From Octopus sinensis (lineage: Eukaryota): 64,000 nucleotides of DNA. A program made the position numbers and the translations under genes. This document shows positions 63,710 to 64,000 of the stretch, in pieces. The stretch spans positions 205,158,001 to 205,222,000 of the forward strand of contig NC_042998.1 in assembly GCF_006345805.1 (NCBI RefSeq), in the 5' to 3' direction. How positions within the stretch are numbered: the first letter of the stretch is position 1; each line of letters opens with the position of its first letter. The notes beneath the pieces were generated by a model. That model did no database searches. It worked only from the letters and a program-made list of their open reading frames with translations, and was not told where the DNA came from.

Positions 63710-64000
63710 TACATGTTCTGATCAATAAGTATCCAGAATGTTGCCATAGTAACAAAGCTAAAGCATGCTGAGTAAAGCTGCTTGGCACAGATTGACCTTG
63801 GCCTCTGCTGTGCATGCACAGTAAGTTTCATTGTTCTAGCTCACTTCCCCTGTTTACAGCAATGCTTGGAAGGAAGGTGTGATCGACACATTGACCAGAG
63901 AATCATTGTTTAAAGTCTGCCTTCAATGCTTGCATAGGTGGGATGGTTTCATAAGAGCCAGCCAGGTAAAAACCTGCACCAGACTTCTGAGACTGTTTTG

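Overview
Eukaryotic, AT-rich, microsatellite- and retroposon-dense DNA; the repeat landscape suggests a coleoid cephalopod, probably Octopus (inference). The window holds most of one plus-strand gene, an anoctamin-8 (ANO8/TMEM16H) orthologue. I traced 12 phase-consistent GT-AG coding exons from 10415 to the stop at 50871. The start exon is uncertain, and one conserved internal exon is missing, probably in the 100-N gap at 46962-47061. One intron is almost filled by a ~12.75 kb, 20-bp-unit satellite whose unit resembles the adjacent splice donor. The array shows higher-order duplications and two embedded TE islands. Other introns and the 3' flank carry RTE, CR1 and Penelope-like fragments, three SINE families, Tc1/mariner elements, MITEs and a non-autonomous Helitron. 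The most unusual signals are the donor-like satellite, minimal hammerhead-ribozyme-like motifs in short Penelope-type repeats, four long foldback elements in TA tracts, and an RTE copy with twin-priming geometry. No prokaryotic-type system (CRISPR, retron) is supported.
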